DNA of 64,000 bases from a virus (Duplodnaviria > Heunggongvirae > Uroviricota > Caudoviricetes). Below, piece by piece: positions 45,334-55,177 of this stretch. How positions within the stretch are numbered: position 1 is the first letter of the stretch; each line of letters opens with the position of its first letter. The stretch covers positions 1-64,000 of the IMG/VR virus record IMGVR_UViG_3300012943_000028. The stretch is one strand, 5' to 3'. A program made the position numbers and the translations under genes. The notes under the pieces are model-generated. The model searched no databases. It was not told the origin of the DNA and saw nothing but the letters and a program-made list of their open reading frames with translations.

Positions 45334-45929
45334 TAGAAGATGCAGTTCAAGCCGATGACCAGCGACAGTCCAATGATGATGACGCCGACCACGATGCGGG
45401 CAATGGCGCCTTCATCGTTCTCGCTCGTTTCGATGACGACCTTGCGCTGCCACATTCCCCACAGGAAGGGCTTGTAGTCGTACTTGTAGCTCGAACCCCA
45501 GCGGTACTTGATCAGCACGTAGGCGCCGAGGATGGAGCCGAAGAGCACGAGCAGCGAGCCGATGACGACACCGAGAACGTCCTTGCCGATCACCTTGTAG
45601 ACGACCACGCCGACGGTCACCTTGCCCAACGGCGTTGCGGCGAACTCGTTGGCGGCGACGCCGACTTCCTTGGCGGCACCGACGACTGCACGACCCATGT
45701 TGGCGCCCATTTCACCCCATGCCTCGGCTTCCTTGCGGACCGTGGCCGAGAGGTTCACGTCGGGGTTGACCACACCCTTCACGGTGTCGGCCTTCATCTT
45801 GGCGATCTGCAGGTCGATGTCGGCCTTCTGGGCTTCCGTCAGCCCACGGGTATCGGCCGTCTGGGCCATGGCGCCGGCGGAGAACAGCAGCGCACACGCC
45901 GCTGCAAATGCGATCATCGTCTTCTTCAT
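45333..45929 (-). CDS. signal-peptide membrane protein
   Basis: signal peptide AMA, two TM segments. Confidence 0.7.
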   Translation of the reverse strand: MKKTMIAFAAACALLFSAGAMAQTADTRGLTEAQKADIDLQIAKMKADTVKGVVNPDVNLSATVRKEAEAWGEMGANMGRAVVGAAKEVGVAANEFAATPLGKVTVGVVVYKVIGKDVLGVVIGSLLVLFGSILGAYVLIKYRWGSSYKYDYKPFLWGMWQRKVVIETSENDEGAIARIVVGVIIIGLSLVIGLNCIF

Positions 45930-46417
45930 AGCTTCATCTCCTTTAGGTTGGACTCTTGAAGTGTTTCACAGGCAAAGTGCTGAACTGGGACCCTGCGTGA
46001 CCGAAGAAACTCGATCCCATCAGTGTTTCGGTAGATTTCATCGTACACCACCCGCTTGATGCCGCTCTGCCACATGAGCTTGGCGCACTCGATGCATGGT
46101 GACATGGTGATGTAGACGGTGGCGCCATAGCAGCCCTTGCCGCCGTTTTTTGCGAGCTTGGCGAGGGCATTGGATTCAGCGTGAAGAACTTCCGGCTTTG
46201 TGCGCAGCTCACCATTTTCATCGATGAACTCGCACACGTCATCAATCTCGCCCGCTGGCAGGCCGTTGTAGCCGTCAGAGATGATCTGGTCTCCAAGAAC
46301 GATGAGGGCACCGACCTGCTTGCGCACGGCCTTCGATCGGCGAGCCCAAACGTAGGCCATGTTGATGTAGGCCTCGTCAAGTGAAAGACGGTTTGGGTTA
46401 ATGGAGAGTTGAGTCAT
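45926..46417 (-). CDS. dCMP deaminase
   Basis: GYNG, HAESNA, SPCIECAK. Confidence 0.92.
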   Translation of the reverse strand: MTQLSINPNRLSLDEAYINMAYVWARRSKAVRKQVGALIVLGDQIISDGYNGLPAGEIDDVCEFIDENGELRTKPEVLHAESNALAKLAKNGGKGCYGATVYITMSPCIECAKLMWQSGIKRVVYDEIYRNTDGIEFLRSRRVPVQHFACETLQESNLKEMKL

Positions 46418-46733
46418 CGTCGGTTCCGTCGTCAGGGATCATGTTGAGAGCGAACTCCTCTTCGACGTCAAGCAACGTCTCCATGAGAAGTGCAAAGAAC
46501 CCGAAGTTGCCAGCCTCCACCTGAGATGAGAGCTCACTGAAGAGCGCATCCATGAGAACACCGTTCAGACCAGAGATGTTCGTGAAGGTCTGCACTCCGG
46601 CATCGTTCCGCTTTGCGAGAACGAGCATGACGGCGTAGTCAGGATTCTTGGTCAGCTCAGCGAGCTTCGGTTGAATCTCTTCAACCAACGCCGTAAGCGC
46701 AGGATCAACCGGTGGTTTTTCAGGTTCACTCAT
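46398..46733 (-). CDS. hypothetical protein
   Basis: early promoter directly upstream. Confidence 0.55.
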   Translation of the reverse strand: MSEPEKPPVDPALTALVEEIQPKLAELTKNPDYAVMLVLAKRNDAGVQTFTNISGLNGVLMDALFSELSSQVEAGNFGFFALLMETLLDVEEEFALNMIPDDGTDDDSTLH

Positions 46734-46769
46734 ACTGGCATTGTATCACGCTGTGAGGGTGATCATAAA

Positions 46770-48416
46770 CTAGACCCTGACCGTGATCTTGTTCGACTTC
46801 AAGTTGATCCACAACCGATCGCCAGGTTGGAACTTGGCGTTGGCCTTCGGGATCATCAGCACGGTGCACTTCTCTTCTCGACCGACCACTGCGAGGTGGG
46901 CGAGCGTGCCGCCGGTCTGGCAGATCAGGAGACCACGGTCCCCGTCCTTGTTCTTCTTGTTGGCACTGATCATGGCCATGTAGTACTTCGGACCGGCGTT
47001 TGGTGCGATGGCGATGCTGCCAGGCGGGACATCCTCATCGGGCTTGGCGAAGACTACCTCGCCGCTGAACCATTCGTCCTTGCCCTTGGAGAGGATTGAG
47101 AACTCGACTCCAGTCCACTCCTCGACCAGCTGAGACCTCGCCTCGAAGGAGGCGCTGCGCACACGCTCGGCGAGCGACTCCGTCTTGTTGTCGCCGTCAT
47201 CATCGAACAGCGTCGTGCTCCGATCGTATGTCTCGCTGAGCGGGATTCCCGCACCCAGCATCCAGTCAGTGTGGTAGGGATCGTCCATCGGCAGCTTCCA
47301 CCCAGAACCAGCGATGCAAGGCCACTCAGGATTTTTCCTGCCGAAGTCTTCGAAGCGGAATCCACGAAGCGCCCAGTGCAGGAAGGCATTGCGTGGCACC
47401 TTGATCGATGCAGGCTCGTAGTTCGGGTGACGCTCATCTCGAAGGTTGAGATCGTACCAGCCACCCAGCTCATCGGCCTGCTTGCGTACCCGAACGGCGT
47501 ACATCTCCTCGATATTGGCGCGCGCCTTGTGGTGCGCTTCCTCACGCCAGTCCCACACCTCACTGGGGATGTTTCTCGTGCGCAGCTTCTTGAACTTCTC
47601 CTCGTACTCGTTTTCAATCTGGCGAATCTGCAGCGTTGTAGTTGCAGCGTCCAGGTCCTTTATGAGCTGCTGCGTAAGCTCACGCGCAAGCGCAGCCTGC
47701 CCATCGGGTGAATCATCCTGCTCTTCGATCGGTGCCGGTGCGGAGGCGATCACGTTTTCGGGATCGTTCTCAATCCTACCATTCACGGCACCACGGAGCG
47801 GCAGCGAGAGCCCCTTGAAGGACCTGATGTGGGCGGCAGGGTCGTTCAATGGGATGTCAAGCCAGAACGGAGGGGTGTTCACCTGCTCACACAGCACGTC
47901 GGTCATCTCGTCGCTCTTGTTGCTGAGGATAACGAGCAGGTCCTTCTCGTGGCTGTTGGCGTAGAAGAGGCTGCGAAGGGCGCCGTTCGGGAAGCGGTTG
48001 CTGGCCCGCATGTCGCCGTTGACGATGTTGCGCTGGCCAGTGTAGGAGCGAGCGAACATCATGTCCTCTTCCTGCCAGCCATGAACGCACGCGTACGGCT
48101 TCCAGTACTTGTCCTTGTACTTGAACACGTGGCCGTACATGTAGTCGAGCTGCTTGGCAACATCCTTGGCGATCTTGCCGGTCTTCGACAGCTTCTTCCA
48201 GCCGAGGTGGCTGTCGGGATTTCCGATCTCGGCGACTCCAGTGAAGGTGGCATGTCCCCTCATGATCTCGATCGCCTGGTCGTGAGTAGTGCCGCAGTCA
48301 TTGACGAGCATCTTGAGCGCCTGCTCCCAGGCTCCCTCGATCACCCTCGTTCTGGCGAAGTTGGAGAGGAACTCGCCGTCGATCTTGAAGTAGACGCGTT
48401 TGACTTCAGCGTTCAT
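46770..48416 (-). CDS. large protein with C-terminal PEP-utilising (phosphohistidine swivel) domain
   Basis: LLICQTGGTLAHLAVVGRE matches GG..SHAAIVARE. Confidence 0.65.
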   Translation of the reverse strand: MNAEVKRVYFKIDGEFLSNFARTRVIEGAWEQALKMLVNDCGTTHDQAIEIMRGHATFTGVAEIGNPDSHLGWKKLSKTGKIAKDVAKQLDYMYGHVFKYKDKYWKPYACVHGWQEEDMMFARSYTGQRNIVNGDMRASNRFPNGALRSLFYANSHEKDLLVILSNKSDEMTDVLCEQVNTPPFWLDIPLNDPAAHIRSFKGLSLPLRGAVNGRIENDPENVIASAPAPIEEQDDSPDGQAALARELTQQLIKDLDAATTTLQIRQIENEYEEKFKKLRTRNIPSEVWDWREEAHHKARANIEEMYAVRVRKQADELGGWYDLNLRDERHPNYEPASIKVPRNAFLHWALRGFRFEDFGRKNPEWPCIAGSGWKLPMDDPYHTDWMLGAGIPLSETYDRSTTLFDDDGDNKTESLAERVRSASFEARSQLVEEWTGVEFSILSKGKDEWFSGEVVFAKPDEDVPPGSIAIAPNAGPKYYMAMISANKKNKDGDRGLLICQTGGTLAHLAVVGREEKCTVLMIPKANAKFQPGDRLWINLKSNKITVRV

Positions 48417-48953
48417 ATGACCACCTTTCCGTTGATGAGCTGTGCTTTCGTTGCCTTCCACGTTTGATCGACCCAGCCACGCTGAGCCGGTGAAGTGACC
48501 TTTGGAACCACCACGCCTGGGTCATAGCCATCCTCGATGTGGTTGTGCAACCACTCGCCCTTGTGCCACGTTTCCCAGACGGTGATGATCATGACGGCAA
48601 AATCACCGTGTCGAGCTGCGTGGCGTCGTTGCGGCTGGCCGCATACCTCGTCTGCAGGTCCTTCGTCCGCTCGTACTGGGCGGCGAGCTTGTCGATCAGC
48701 TCACGGTCCTCGGCGGAAAGATCATCCATGGCGATCTCCTGCACTTCGATTCCTTCTGCACTGCGGTGTCTCATTTCTGTTCCTCCTCGATCAAACCGTC
48801 GACGGTGTTTTCGGCCATCTGGGCAGTGAGCCTGGCGGCCAGAATCTGGCGCTTCAGGTAGTCCTCGCTCGCATCTGGTGTGAGGTCCTTGAATGAGGAC
48901 AGCAGACCCTTGAGCTCAAGCAACTTTTCACGGCGAGTCTTCATGGTCTCTCC

Positions 48954-50600
48954 TTACCCTTTGTTTCGTGAGCTGATCATTCCGATCGAAGTCGTTTCCT
49001 GCGGCGCCGGCTGGCCGGCGGGAGCGGAGACATCGATCAGTTCCGACATGGCGCGCGTGATGGCGACATATTCGAGGTTGGATTCCTGCACCATCTGCCA
49101 GTCCTTCTTGGCATACGGTGACGGCATGTACTTCGAGCGGCCGAGGATGTAGACACGCTTCCACTCACGACCCTTTGACTTGTGGATTGTGGAGAGCGTC
49201 AGCACCTTCGGACGTTCACCTGGCTTGGTGTCACCGAACATCGACTCGATGTCATGCACCAGGTCGTCGATCATGTTCTTCTTCTGCTTGAGGCAGCGGT
49301 CGATCACCACCCTCAGGCAGCCGAGCTGGTCGACGAGGCGTTCGATCTTCTCTTCCTGCCCCTTGGCGAGGAACTTGGCGGTCTCGCGTGTCTGGAACTC
49401 GTCCAGCTTGTTGAGCAGCGAGTCGAGGGTCTTGATCTTCCAGCGCCGTGCCAGCTTGATGAGACCAGTTCCGATCTCACGACCTTCAACATGACAGGCG
49501 ATGCCCTTCGAGATGAGCGAGTAGGCAGTCGTGATGAGCGGTGCCGTGTTGCGGCAGAGGATTGCATCGTCACGGTTGAGACCTTCGACCTCCAGCCCGT
49601 CGTAGTTGATCGAGCGGACCGTTCCCTCAGGCGCCTCGTGGTGGGCCGTGAAGTCAGGAACCAACCGCTTGGCCATCTCTACGACCAGCTTGGGGCAGCG
49701 GCGCGTGACGTTCAGCGGGAGCGTGACTGCCTTGGTGGCCTGCTTGAGCTGGTTCATCGAGTCGCTGTCGGCACCGGTGAAGCCGTAGATCGCCTGCCGG
49801 TCGTCGCCGACGAAGATCATGCGTCCACCGTTCGGGTCGAGGATGGCCAGTGCGAGGGCTCGGCGCGCGTCGTTCGTGTCCTGCGACTCGTCGACCAGCA
49901 CCCACTTCTTCTTCCAGAACCGGGCCTTGTAGTAGAGCGGGGCGAGGATCATGTCGTCGAAGTCGATCAGATCGTAGCACATCTTGAGCGAGATGCTGTA
50001 GACCCGCTTGGCGCAGCGGATGATCTCGTCAGCCGACACCATCTCAGTGATGTCGTCTTCGAGGTTGTGGTGGTCGAACAGCTGCATCCAGACCGAGTCG
50101 TCTTCGATCGAGCATGTGACGCCGATGGCCTTCTGCTTGCCGAGGCCGACGAGCTTGCGGATGACGCCTGCGTTTTCAGTGAAGATTGCGCCGTTCTGGC
50201 TGAGCGCACAGTCGGCGATGATGTCGTAGACCTTGTCGTCGTTCTGGTCGACCCGTACAGAAGGAGCGACCTTGCGCCATGCGCTGAAGCCGAAGGAGTG
50301 GACCGTGCCGGCCTGTGCGACCTTCCAGTCGAAGCCGAGTTCTTCAAGCTTGAGCTTGAGCTCGTCGGCGATCTTCTTGTTGTAGGCCATCAGAGCGACA
50401 TCACCCATGCGGGCTGCCACGATGGCTCGTACGACCAACATGAGGGTGAACGTTTTGCCGCAACCAGCCCGAGCCAGTAGCTCGAGGCTGCCATTGCCCT
50501 CCAGCACCCAGCGCAGTACGTCTGTCTGCTGGTCAGAAGGAACGATCTTGTCCTTCTTGAGGAAGTGTCCCAAAACTTTCTGCAACGTGTTCATCAGCAT
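48954..50600 (-). CDS. UvrD/Rep SF1 helicase
   Basis: ARAGCGKT, VDESQD, VGDDRQAIYGF, STIHKSKGRE, YVAITRA. Confidence 0.93.
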   Translation of the reverse strand: MLMNTLQKVLGHFLKKDKIVPSDQQTDVLRWVLEGNGSLELLARAGCGKTFTLMLVVRAIVAARMGDVALMAYNKKIADELKLKLEELGFDWKVAQAGTVHSFGFSAWRKVAPSVRVDQNDDKVYDIIADCALSQNGAIFTENAGVIRKLVGLGKQKAIGVTCSIEDDSVWMQLFDHHNLEDDITEMVSADEIIRCAKRVYSISLKMCYDLIDFDDMILAPLYYKARFWKKKWVLVDESQDTNDARRALALAILDPNGGRMIFVGDDRQAIYGFTGADSDSMNQLKQATKAVTLPLNVTRRCPKLVVEMAKRLVPDFTAHHEAPEGTVRSINYDGLEVEGLNRDDAILCRNTAPLITTAYSLISKGIACHVEGREIGTGLIKLARRWKIKTLDSLLNKLDEFQTRETAKFLAKGQEEKIERLVDQLGCLRVVIDRCLKQKKNMIDDLVHDIESMFGDTKPGERPKVLTLSTIHKSKGREWKRVYILGRSKYMPSPYAKKDWQMVQESNLEYVAITRAMSELIDVSAPAGQPAPQETTSIGMISSRNKG

Positions 50601-50948
50601 GTCCTCCAAGACTGGAGTCATCCTATCATGAACCTCACAAAAAGTACACTGGTCCCGTTATGTTAAATGAGGCCAGTTATGTAAAATGGTCAGTAGAGGT
50701 GGGCTAGAGACCGGACGTAGCAGCACCCGTTCAGGCGATGATATAGAAGGGACCACTGGTTGCTTTTGTTCTGGCGTGCAACGGTTACCGAGGCCTGCTC
50801 ATCGCAGCCAGTGCACCAATGATACGACTCAAGAAGATTTTTCGGAACATCATCAACGCGTTCTGTGTAACAGAACACGCACTTCATCTGCACTCGGTCT
50901 TTTGGAATCCGTGCGAAAAAGTCAATGACCTCTGACACTTCACGTCCT

Positions 50949-52196
50949 CTATATTGCAAACACTCCAGTAGAATCTCCGAACTTCTCAAGCTGCACACCA
51001 CCCTTCTGCGCTATTGTGAGCAGAATGTTGGCATGCGGAGTGTCCTTCGGAGCGGCGATATGCTGATTGCCTTTGATGTTACCGCCACGACCAGCGATGA
51101 GCTGAGGCAGCGGGTTATTGTTGTGAAGATCACTGTTGGCCATGTTTGAGCCGAACAGAATAATTGAATGATCGAGGATGTTGCCGCTGCCTTCCTTGAT
51201 TTCAGACAGGCGCTTGATGAACTTTGCAAAGCGCTCCGTCTGGTATGACTGTACGCGCACGAGCTTCTCATGCTTTGAAGGGTCCTCACCGTGGTGAGAC
51301 AGCGGGTGGAATGCCTCGTCTACACCAACGGTTGGGAAGGTGCGCATTGAAGCTTCCTTGATCATGCGCATAGAGGCAATGCGGGTCTGGTTCGTTTGGA
51401 ACGCTAGTGCTATCATGGCGAACTGAACGTCAAGCAGCTCAGTGAAGTCATCTGGAGTCCCAGCTGGGGCGTCAGGCAGGTCACCAAGCGAGTCAGCCTT
51501 TGCGATGAGCTTCTGCATGCGCTGTTCTACTTCACGCACTGAGCTGAGGTAGTCATCAACGATGGCACGGTCAGACGCACCAAGCTTTGCGTTCATGCTC
51601 TTGCTGGATTCCAGCACATAGTCAAGCAGGCTTCCAGTTGCCTGCAGGCGGGCGATACGGTCGGCATTTGAGTCACCAGCGCCGAACATCGTGTAGAAAA
51701 TCTTGCGTGGGTTGCCTTCTAGCGGAAGACCACCGGCTCCACGATAGCTGATCGATCCGCCTGGCTCACCGCACAGTTCGATCGATGAGAGCGGTGTTGA
51801 CTGACCGATCTGCTTTGCGGCAAGTTGGTCGATTGTTGTACCATCGCTCGTGCGGTCATCTGGGTTCTTGCATGACAACCATGTCTGCTCGATGATGCCG
51901 TGCGGGTTGGAGCTCTCACCTGGCTTGTTGCGCAGGCCGCTGATCACCGTGATGTAGTCACGCATGCTCTCAAGCGGCTTGATGATTGGAGAGAACTCGA
52001 AGTTTGTTCCAACGGTTGGCGGAGTCCAGAACTTCTGGACGGCACCGTGTGGAAAGTAGACGAAGGCCAGGCGTGACGGAGAATCAACGCTGGCGCCAAA
52101 GGCAGGTACCATGGCATCAAGAAGCGGAAGGGCGATGGCTGCACCAGCACCTTTCAAGACTGTACGGCGGGAGAGGGCCTTCTTAGAAACGTACAT
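50949..52196 (-). CDS. DUF1552 (HXXSHH) protein with twin-arginine-like N-terminus
   Basis: SRRTVLKG..ALPLLDAM, YFPHG, HPLSHH. Confidence 0.85.
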   Translation of the reverse strand: MYVSKKALSRRTVLKGAGAAIALPLLDAMVPAFGASVDSPSRLAFVYFPHGAVQKFWTPPTVGTNFEFSPIIKPLESMRDYITVISGLRNKPGESSNPHGIIEQTWLSCKNPDDRTSDGTTIDQLAAKQIGQSTPLSSIELCGEPGGSISYRGAGGLPLEGNPRKIFYTMFGAGDSNADRIARLQATGSLLDYVLESSKSMNAKLGASDRAIVDDYLSSVREVEQRMQKLIAKADSLGDLPDAPAGTPDDFTELLDVQFAMIALAFQTNQTRIASMRMIKEASMRTFPTVGVDEAFHPLSHHGEDPSKHEKLVRVQSYQTERFAKFIKRLSEIKEGSGNILDHSIILFGSNMANSDLHNNNPLPQLIAGRGGNIKGNQHIAAPKDTPHANILLTIAQKGGVQLEKFGDSTGVFAI

Positions 52197-52206
52197 GCCG
52201 TGTCTC

Positions 52207-52401
52207 CTAGTTCTTCAGTAGCGACACCAAGATGTTGCAGCGAGCAACCACGGAACCGGAAGCATCTGTCGTGATGTTGGTCTTAGGGTTGTACATGCCC
52301 ATCAGCTTGCCTGACTTATTGAAGAGGCGTGTGGAACCGCCCTGCTCACGCAGGGTACCAATCAGCTTTCCGTCGGCGTCTCGTAGATATGTGGCGGCCA
52401 T
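52207..52401 (-). CDS. small beta-repeat late protein
   Basis: three D/N..G repeats; TAAATA at 52406-52411. Confidence 0.55.
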   Translation of the reverse strand: MAATYLRDADGKLIGTLREQGGSTRLFNKSGKLMGMYNPKTNITTDASGSVVARCNILVSLLKN

Positions 52402-52429
52402 GCTCTATTTATCGAGCAATGGCAGGTTG

Positions 52430-53029
52430 TCAGCAGACCTGGTCTAGCCGCATCTTGTAGCGGGTCTGCCCGTTGAGGGTGTACTGCTCAAGCTCTACGT
52501 CGGTGAGGTCTACGAACGGCAGGACCTCTACCTCGGCATCCTCCTCAAACTGGTCGTGCACGTCGTTGTACCCAGTTTTCACCAGGTTTCCAGCGTACAG
52601 CATGTACGGCCTGCCATCTTCACGGAGGAGGTCGATCAACCGCATCTGCGCACTGTTGAACGATGCAAGCCCCTCAACGAAGAGCTTCACCTCACCGACC
52701 ATCCATACACCAAGTTCTAGTGGACCGCCGTCGCAGGCAGTGTTGTACTGCTTTCCATTTCTTCCATCGATTTTCTGGCTGTTGTAGAGGTGCTCGCGAG
52801 CACGGCGACTCCATGGACTGCCAACTGGGCCAAGGAGCTCGTGGTGGCAGAGCGTGCCGAACTCCGCGCGCTCGGGCACCTGCATCCACTTCCACTCGTA
52901 CTTGTTCTCGTACCATTTTGGGTAGAGAGCGTCGAAAGCGCGCCCGATGGCGGCAAACTGGGGATGATGAGAGCCCGCGAGTGGGCGCCTGTAGAAATCG
53001 TCGATCTGCTTGTATGGCAGGAGCATCAT
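52430..53029 (-). CDS. hypothetical protein
   Basis: coupled to Thg1-like gene. Confidence 0.6.
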   Translation of the reverse strand: MMLLPYKQIDDFYRRPLAGSHHPQFAAIGRAFDALYPKWYENKYEWKWMQVPERAEFGTLCHHELLGPVGSPWSRRAREHLYNSQKIDGRNGKQYNTACDGGPLELGVWMVGEVKLFVEGLASFNSAQMRLIDLLREDGRPYMLYAGNLVKTGYNDVHDQFEEDAEVEVLPFVDLTDVELEQYTLNGQTRYKMRLDQVC

Positions 53030-53823
53030 TCGAAGAGTGAACGCGCCCTTGCGTCGTTCTTGATGTACCCGAGGTCCATGTTGACCACACTGGAGCGCAT
53101 GATCGGGCCGGTTGGGCGGTACTTCTCTGGGATTTTCTCGAGCTGCTCAGCGGTCATCGGCTTGAGCTGCAGCTCACGGCGCACGAACGTGCCGCTCTTG
53201 AAGAACGTCGGTTCGTTTTCCCACGGCTTTCCAAGCTCACGCAGCAGCTGCTTCTTTGCCTCGCTGTCGACGGCGTGAAGGCGCTTGTGTGAGAAGTGGG
53301 CCTGGGCGGCCATGCTGATGCTGTTCTTGATGGCATCGTCCTGGCGCCAGAGAAAGTTGAGGAAGGCCTCATGCTTGCTTGGCACGTTCCATACACGGCA
53401 GTCAAACGTCGCCAACATGTTTGCCTTTTCAGGAATGCGCTCAGGCAGGCAGCGAGTGAAGTAGGCGCTCGCCATACCAGCGAGGACTGACGTCATCTTC
53501 TGAATCTTGCCATCGAAGAGGTATGAGCTCTCGGCCTCAGGGTCGTCGTTCCACCATACGAGGCTGATCTCATCGGACTGCGTGTAGCCAAGACGGGCAT
53601 GAGTTTCCTCTACGAGGAAACGAGCAGTGTCGATCATGAGCGTGCTGAGGCGCACGTCGTATGGGCGTGGGAGCCCGCGTGTGAAGGTGTGGAACGCACG
53701 GCCATCGAGACGGGCCATGAGCGGAATTCCATGGTTGGCTCGCCGCCCAGCCTCCACCTGTTCTTGCTGCTTCAGGCGATCGCCGAGGGAGTCCTTCGAT
53801 GTCTGTACGGTTTCGTTGCTCAT
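53026..53823 (-). CDS. tRNA-His guanylyltransferase Thg1-like protein (3'-5' polymerase)
   Basis: RLDGRAFH.F, YTQSDEISL, FDCR, WRQDDA.KNS. Confidence 0.92.
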   Translation of the reverse strand: MSNETVQTSKDSLGDRLKQQEQVEAGRRANHGIPLMARLDGRAFHTFTRGLPRPYDVRLSTLMIDTARFLVEETHARLGYTQSDEISLVWWNDDPEAESSYLFDGKIQKMTSVLAGMASAYFTRCLPERIPEKANMLATFDCRVWNVPSKHEAFLNFLWRQDDAIKNSISMAAQAHFSHKRLHAVDSEAKKQLLRELGKPWENEPTFFKSGTFVRRELQLKPMTAEQLEKIPEKYRPTGPIMRSSVVNMDLGYIKNDARARSLFE

Positions 53824-53884
53824 AGCTATCTGCGTCGGATGGTTATCCAACGATGATTCTATCAAGGATAACCGTGGATGTAAA

Positions 53885-54328
53885 CTAGTCTTTCAGCTCT
53901 TCTACGTACTCTTGGCCGAGGTAGATTGGGAAGTCTATCGGCTTGAGCTTGTGTACGTCACCGTAGAACGCCATCGTCAGGGTGATGTGGGGCTGGAAGG
54001 TCGGGAAGTCGTGTGATGCGCCATGTTCTGCCATCAGCTTGATGTGGCGAGCCACGACAGATGGTGCGTTTAGCTTGACGACGAGAACGGTGTTCTTGCC
54101 ATCGTCAGTGTTCGTGAAGAGCGCATAGTCCTCGAACTGAGCGATGTGCACCTCAGGATCAGCAATGATCGCTGGGCATGGCTTTCGGCTGTAGAGTACT
54201 GTGGTGTGAAGACGTCGCTCGAATGACGACTTGCTAAGAACCAGCCCATTTGCCTTTGCGAATTCGTAGAGCTTTGGGCCAGATGGAGGGAGGACTCTTA
54301 GACCAACATACGTTCCATGGTCGTGCAT
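53885..54328 (-). CDS. 2H phosphoesterase, T4 gp57B/Acb1-like anti-CBASS nuclease
   Basis: HTTVLYSR and PHITL (two HxT motifs), GTYV N-terminus; early promoter upstream. Confidence 0.82.
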   Translation of the reverse strand: MHDHGTYVGLRVLPPSGPKLYEFAKANGLVLSKSSFERRLHTTVLYSRKPCPAIIADPEVHIAQFEDYALFTNTDDGKNTVLVVKLNAPSVVARHIKLMAEHGASHDFPTFQPHITLTMAFYGDVHKLKPIDFPIYLGQEYVEELKD

Positions 54329-54376
54329 ACGCTCACATTATACTCTATGATGTTGATGGGATAAACTCAAGCCGCC

Positions 54377-54817
54377 TTATTTCTTAGGCGGCTTTGGCAG
54401 GTCCTCGTCATCGCTCTTCTTAGCTGATGGCGTATCATTCACCCCGTACTTTGCACGGAGGAAGCGCGAGAAGCCTTCAACCGATGCTACATACGCAAGG
54501 TAGATGGCAAACAGGTCCCACGTAAGTGCAGCCTGAAGAGTGAGCTTGACGATTGCGAACGAAGCAACGATACCACCGACCAGCTGCAGCGTCTTCGTAG
54601 TAGAAGCACGGTTGCGCTTTGTGTACGGGTCGTAGGTAGTGATCATGTCCGTTAGGTCAAGATCGCTGTCCTGATTACGGTGAAGACCCCATACGATGAG
54701 AGCGATGATCAGGAAGATCACGGTAACGGCAACGCCGTACGCATTGATCTGAAACTGACCCATCGTCAGCATCGAGTTCTCTAGCATTTCTTTTGCTTGT
54801 TCCACTTGAATACCCAT
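54377..54817 (-). CDS. late membrane protein (possible holin)
   Basis: 3 hydrophobic segments, charged C-terminus, TAAATA at 54907-54912. Confidence 0.5.
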   Translation of the reverse strand: MGIQVEQAKEMLENSMLTMGQFQINAYGVAVTVIFLIIALIVWGLHRNQDSDLDLTDMITTYDPYTKRNRASTTKTLQLVGGIVASFAIVKLTLQAALTWDLFAIYLAYVASVEGFSRFLRAKYGVNDTPSAKKSDDEDLPKPPKK

Positions 54818-54928
54818 GTTAGTTGTCTCCTATCTCCATATTTGCTTTGCTATGGAGCTGGGTATCGTGTAAACAAACCTAGCCCATCCACAGTAGTGGA
54901 CAGGCGTATTTATGAGAACTTCTAGGTT

Positions 54929-55177
54929 TTACTTGCCGAGGTGCAGCTTTAGGGCGTCAAAGCCACCGATCAGCTGACCGTCCTTGAAAATCTGAGGCAC
55001 GGTGCGTACGTTCGGAACGAGAGCCTGAAGCTGTGCAACCGTGTAATAGTTGGTTGCAGATTCCTTCACCTGCCCGGTATCAAGCACCTTCTCGGTGTAT
55101 GGAATGTTGAGTGAAGAAAGAAGAGCCTTTGCCTTGTCGCAGTAGGAGCAACCTGGTTTCGAGTAAATCTCAAACAC
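54929..55177 (-). CDS. glutaredoxin
   Basis: CSYC, TVPQIF, IGGF. Confidence 0.9.
   Translation of the reverse strand: MFEIYSKPGCSYCDKAKALLSSLNIPYTEKVLDTGQVKESATNYYTVAQLQALVPNVRTVPQIFKDGQLIGGFDALKLHLGK

Noticed and set aside
49182-50480. 432-aa plus-strand ORF
   Set aside because: Antisense shadow of the UvrD helicase
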